Shown here in pieces: positions 62,986-64,000 of a stretch of DNA of 64,000 nt. The stretch is from Kudoa neothunni. Taxonomy: Eukaryota > Animalia > Cnidaria. The stretch is taken from the NCBI GenBank assembly GCA_964304625.1, contig OZ199838.1, positions 15,490,929 to 15,554,928 on the forward strand. The letters run 5' to 3'. Under the pieces are notes generated by a model that was not told where the DNA came from, searched no databases, and worked only from the letters and a program-made list of their open reading frames with translations. Position 1 is the stretch's first letter, and every line of letters begins with the position of its first letter. The translations under genes were made by a program, and so were the position numbers.

Positions 62986-64000
62986 ATCTTGGCATATTCT
63001 ATGTTACTCATAAAAAAAAAAATATTGTAACTTAAATCAATATAATATTTTTGTTATATCAATATATCTTGTGTCAAAAAGTTAAATAATATTCTCCATC
63101 TAAAGTATCCTACACGGCATGGGTCCGCGTTTTCGATCTCCGTTCAAATTAGTCCGAAAATTTTTCATGACCTCAGGTTGGAAAACGCTAGTATAATGTA
63201 TCGATTAGGTTATGTTAATTTAATCTAGAATCATTTTCATAAAACATTCTAAAAATTCAAAACAACTCGATTTACTCGGAAGATTAAGTAGACTTGGTGA
63301 CAAATGGGCACGAACGATTTTATGAGACTTACACCCAAATTATTTTTGTAACGTAAAGATTGTATAAAATTAAATATGTCAACGTATTATCTTTTCTTAT
63401 AATAACAACAAATAATGAGGTAAAAGTAATGTCAATTTGAATAGTTCTATGTAATAATATGTAACTAATATGTTGTTAATAATAAATAAATATAGATGTA
63501 ATGTGCGAATTGTTTTATATCGATTAGAAATAAAAATTTGCAGTAGGAAAAAGTACTCAATCTAATTAAAACACTCTTTTGAAACTCCCCATTCCAAGCC
63601 CAAAATTAACTTAATATTTACTTATTACCTATACAATGAAAAAAAGATTGATTTTAAGTAACAGGATACCCTTTTTAATTAATACCTCATAAGTTTTAAA
63701 CTAGAATTATCGTTTATATTAAATAATTTAAGCTTTGACTATATTGTAATATTGTAAACCAAACAAGTTTTTTGAGAAAAATATCAGCCTAAAATAAAAA
63801 ATGGAAATAAAAATGGTTTTAAAACATAACATGAATTATATTCAAACTACATAATTCAAAATAGCAAGAAAAATCACTTACAAAAATAAACAAAATCTAA
63901 CAAAATTAAAAAATTATTCTAAAAGATGGTATAATTCCGAGACGAAGCGTAATATTTTGGGTCTTATTGAGATAGCACTATTCGAGTTGAGAGGAAAGTT

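Noticed and set aside
1-64000. CRISPR arrays, rRNA, prokaryotic operons
   Set aside because: No regularly spaced direct repeats or rRNA-like segments; the sequence is spliceosomal eukaryotic DNA.

Overview
AT-rich nuclear DNA from a compact-intron animal genome. Most introns are about 35-60 nt GT-AG, and HBP1 and PACS point to Metazoa. The strong protein divergence would fit a reduced or parasitic lineage, but the taxon cannot be fixed from the sequence. Six conserved spliced genes can be read by eye: a PACS1/2 homolog (+), MUS81 (-), HBP1 (-), COX10 (+), COPB2 (-) and PDCD2 (+). A divergently transcribed pair of unrecognised paralogous surface proteins occupies 47.7-58.3 kb; each has a signal peptide, Cys-knotted FN3-like modules, two micro-exons and a C-terminal membrane anchor. 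Intergenic DNA and long introns hold decayed DNA transposons: several piggyBac families (two clear piggyBac-in-piggyBac nests and a 77-bp micro-element), hAT elements, a ~200-bp TIR MITE family and a probable tRNA-derived SINE. The most notable observations are the modular surface-protein pair, a stop-riddled but still intron-punctuated C2CD3-like relic behind an RFX X-box directly upstream of PACS, the 77-bp piggyBac derivative, and a PDCD2 MYND finger reduced to one zinc site. All homology calls are by-eye motif comparisons from memory, not database searches.
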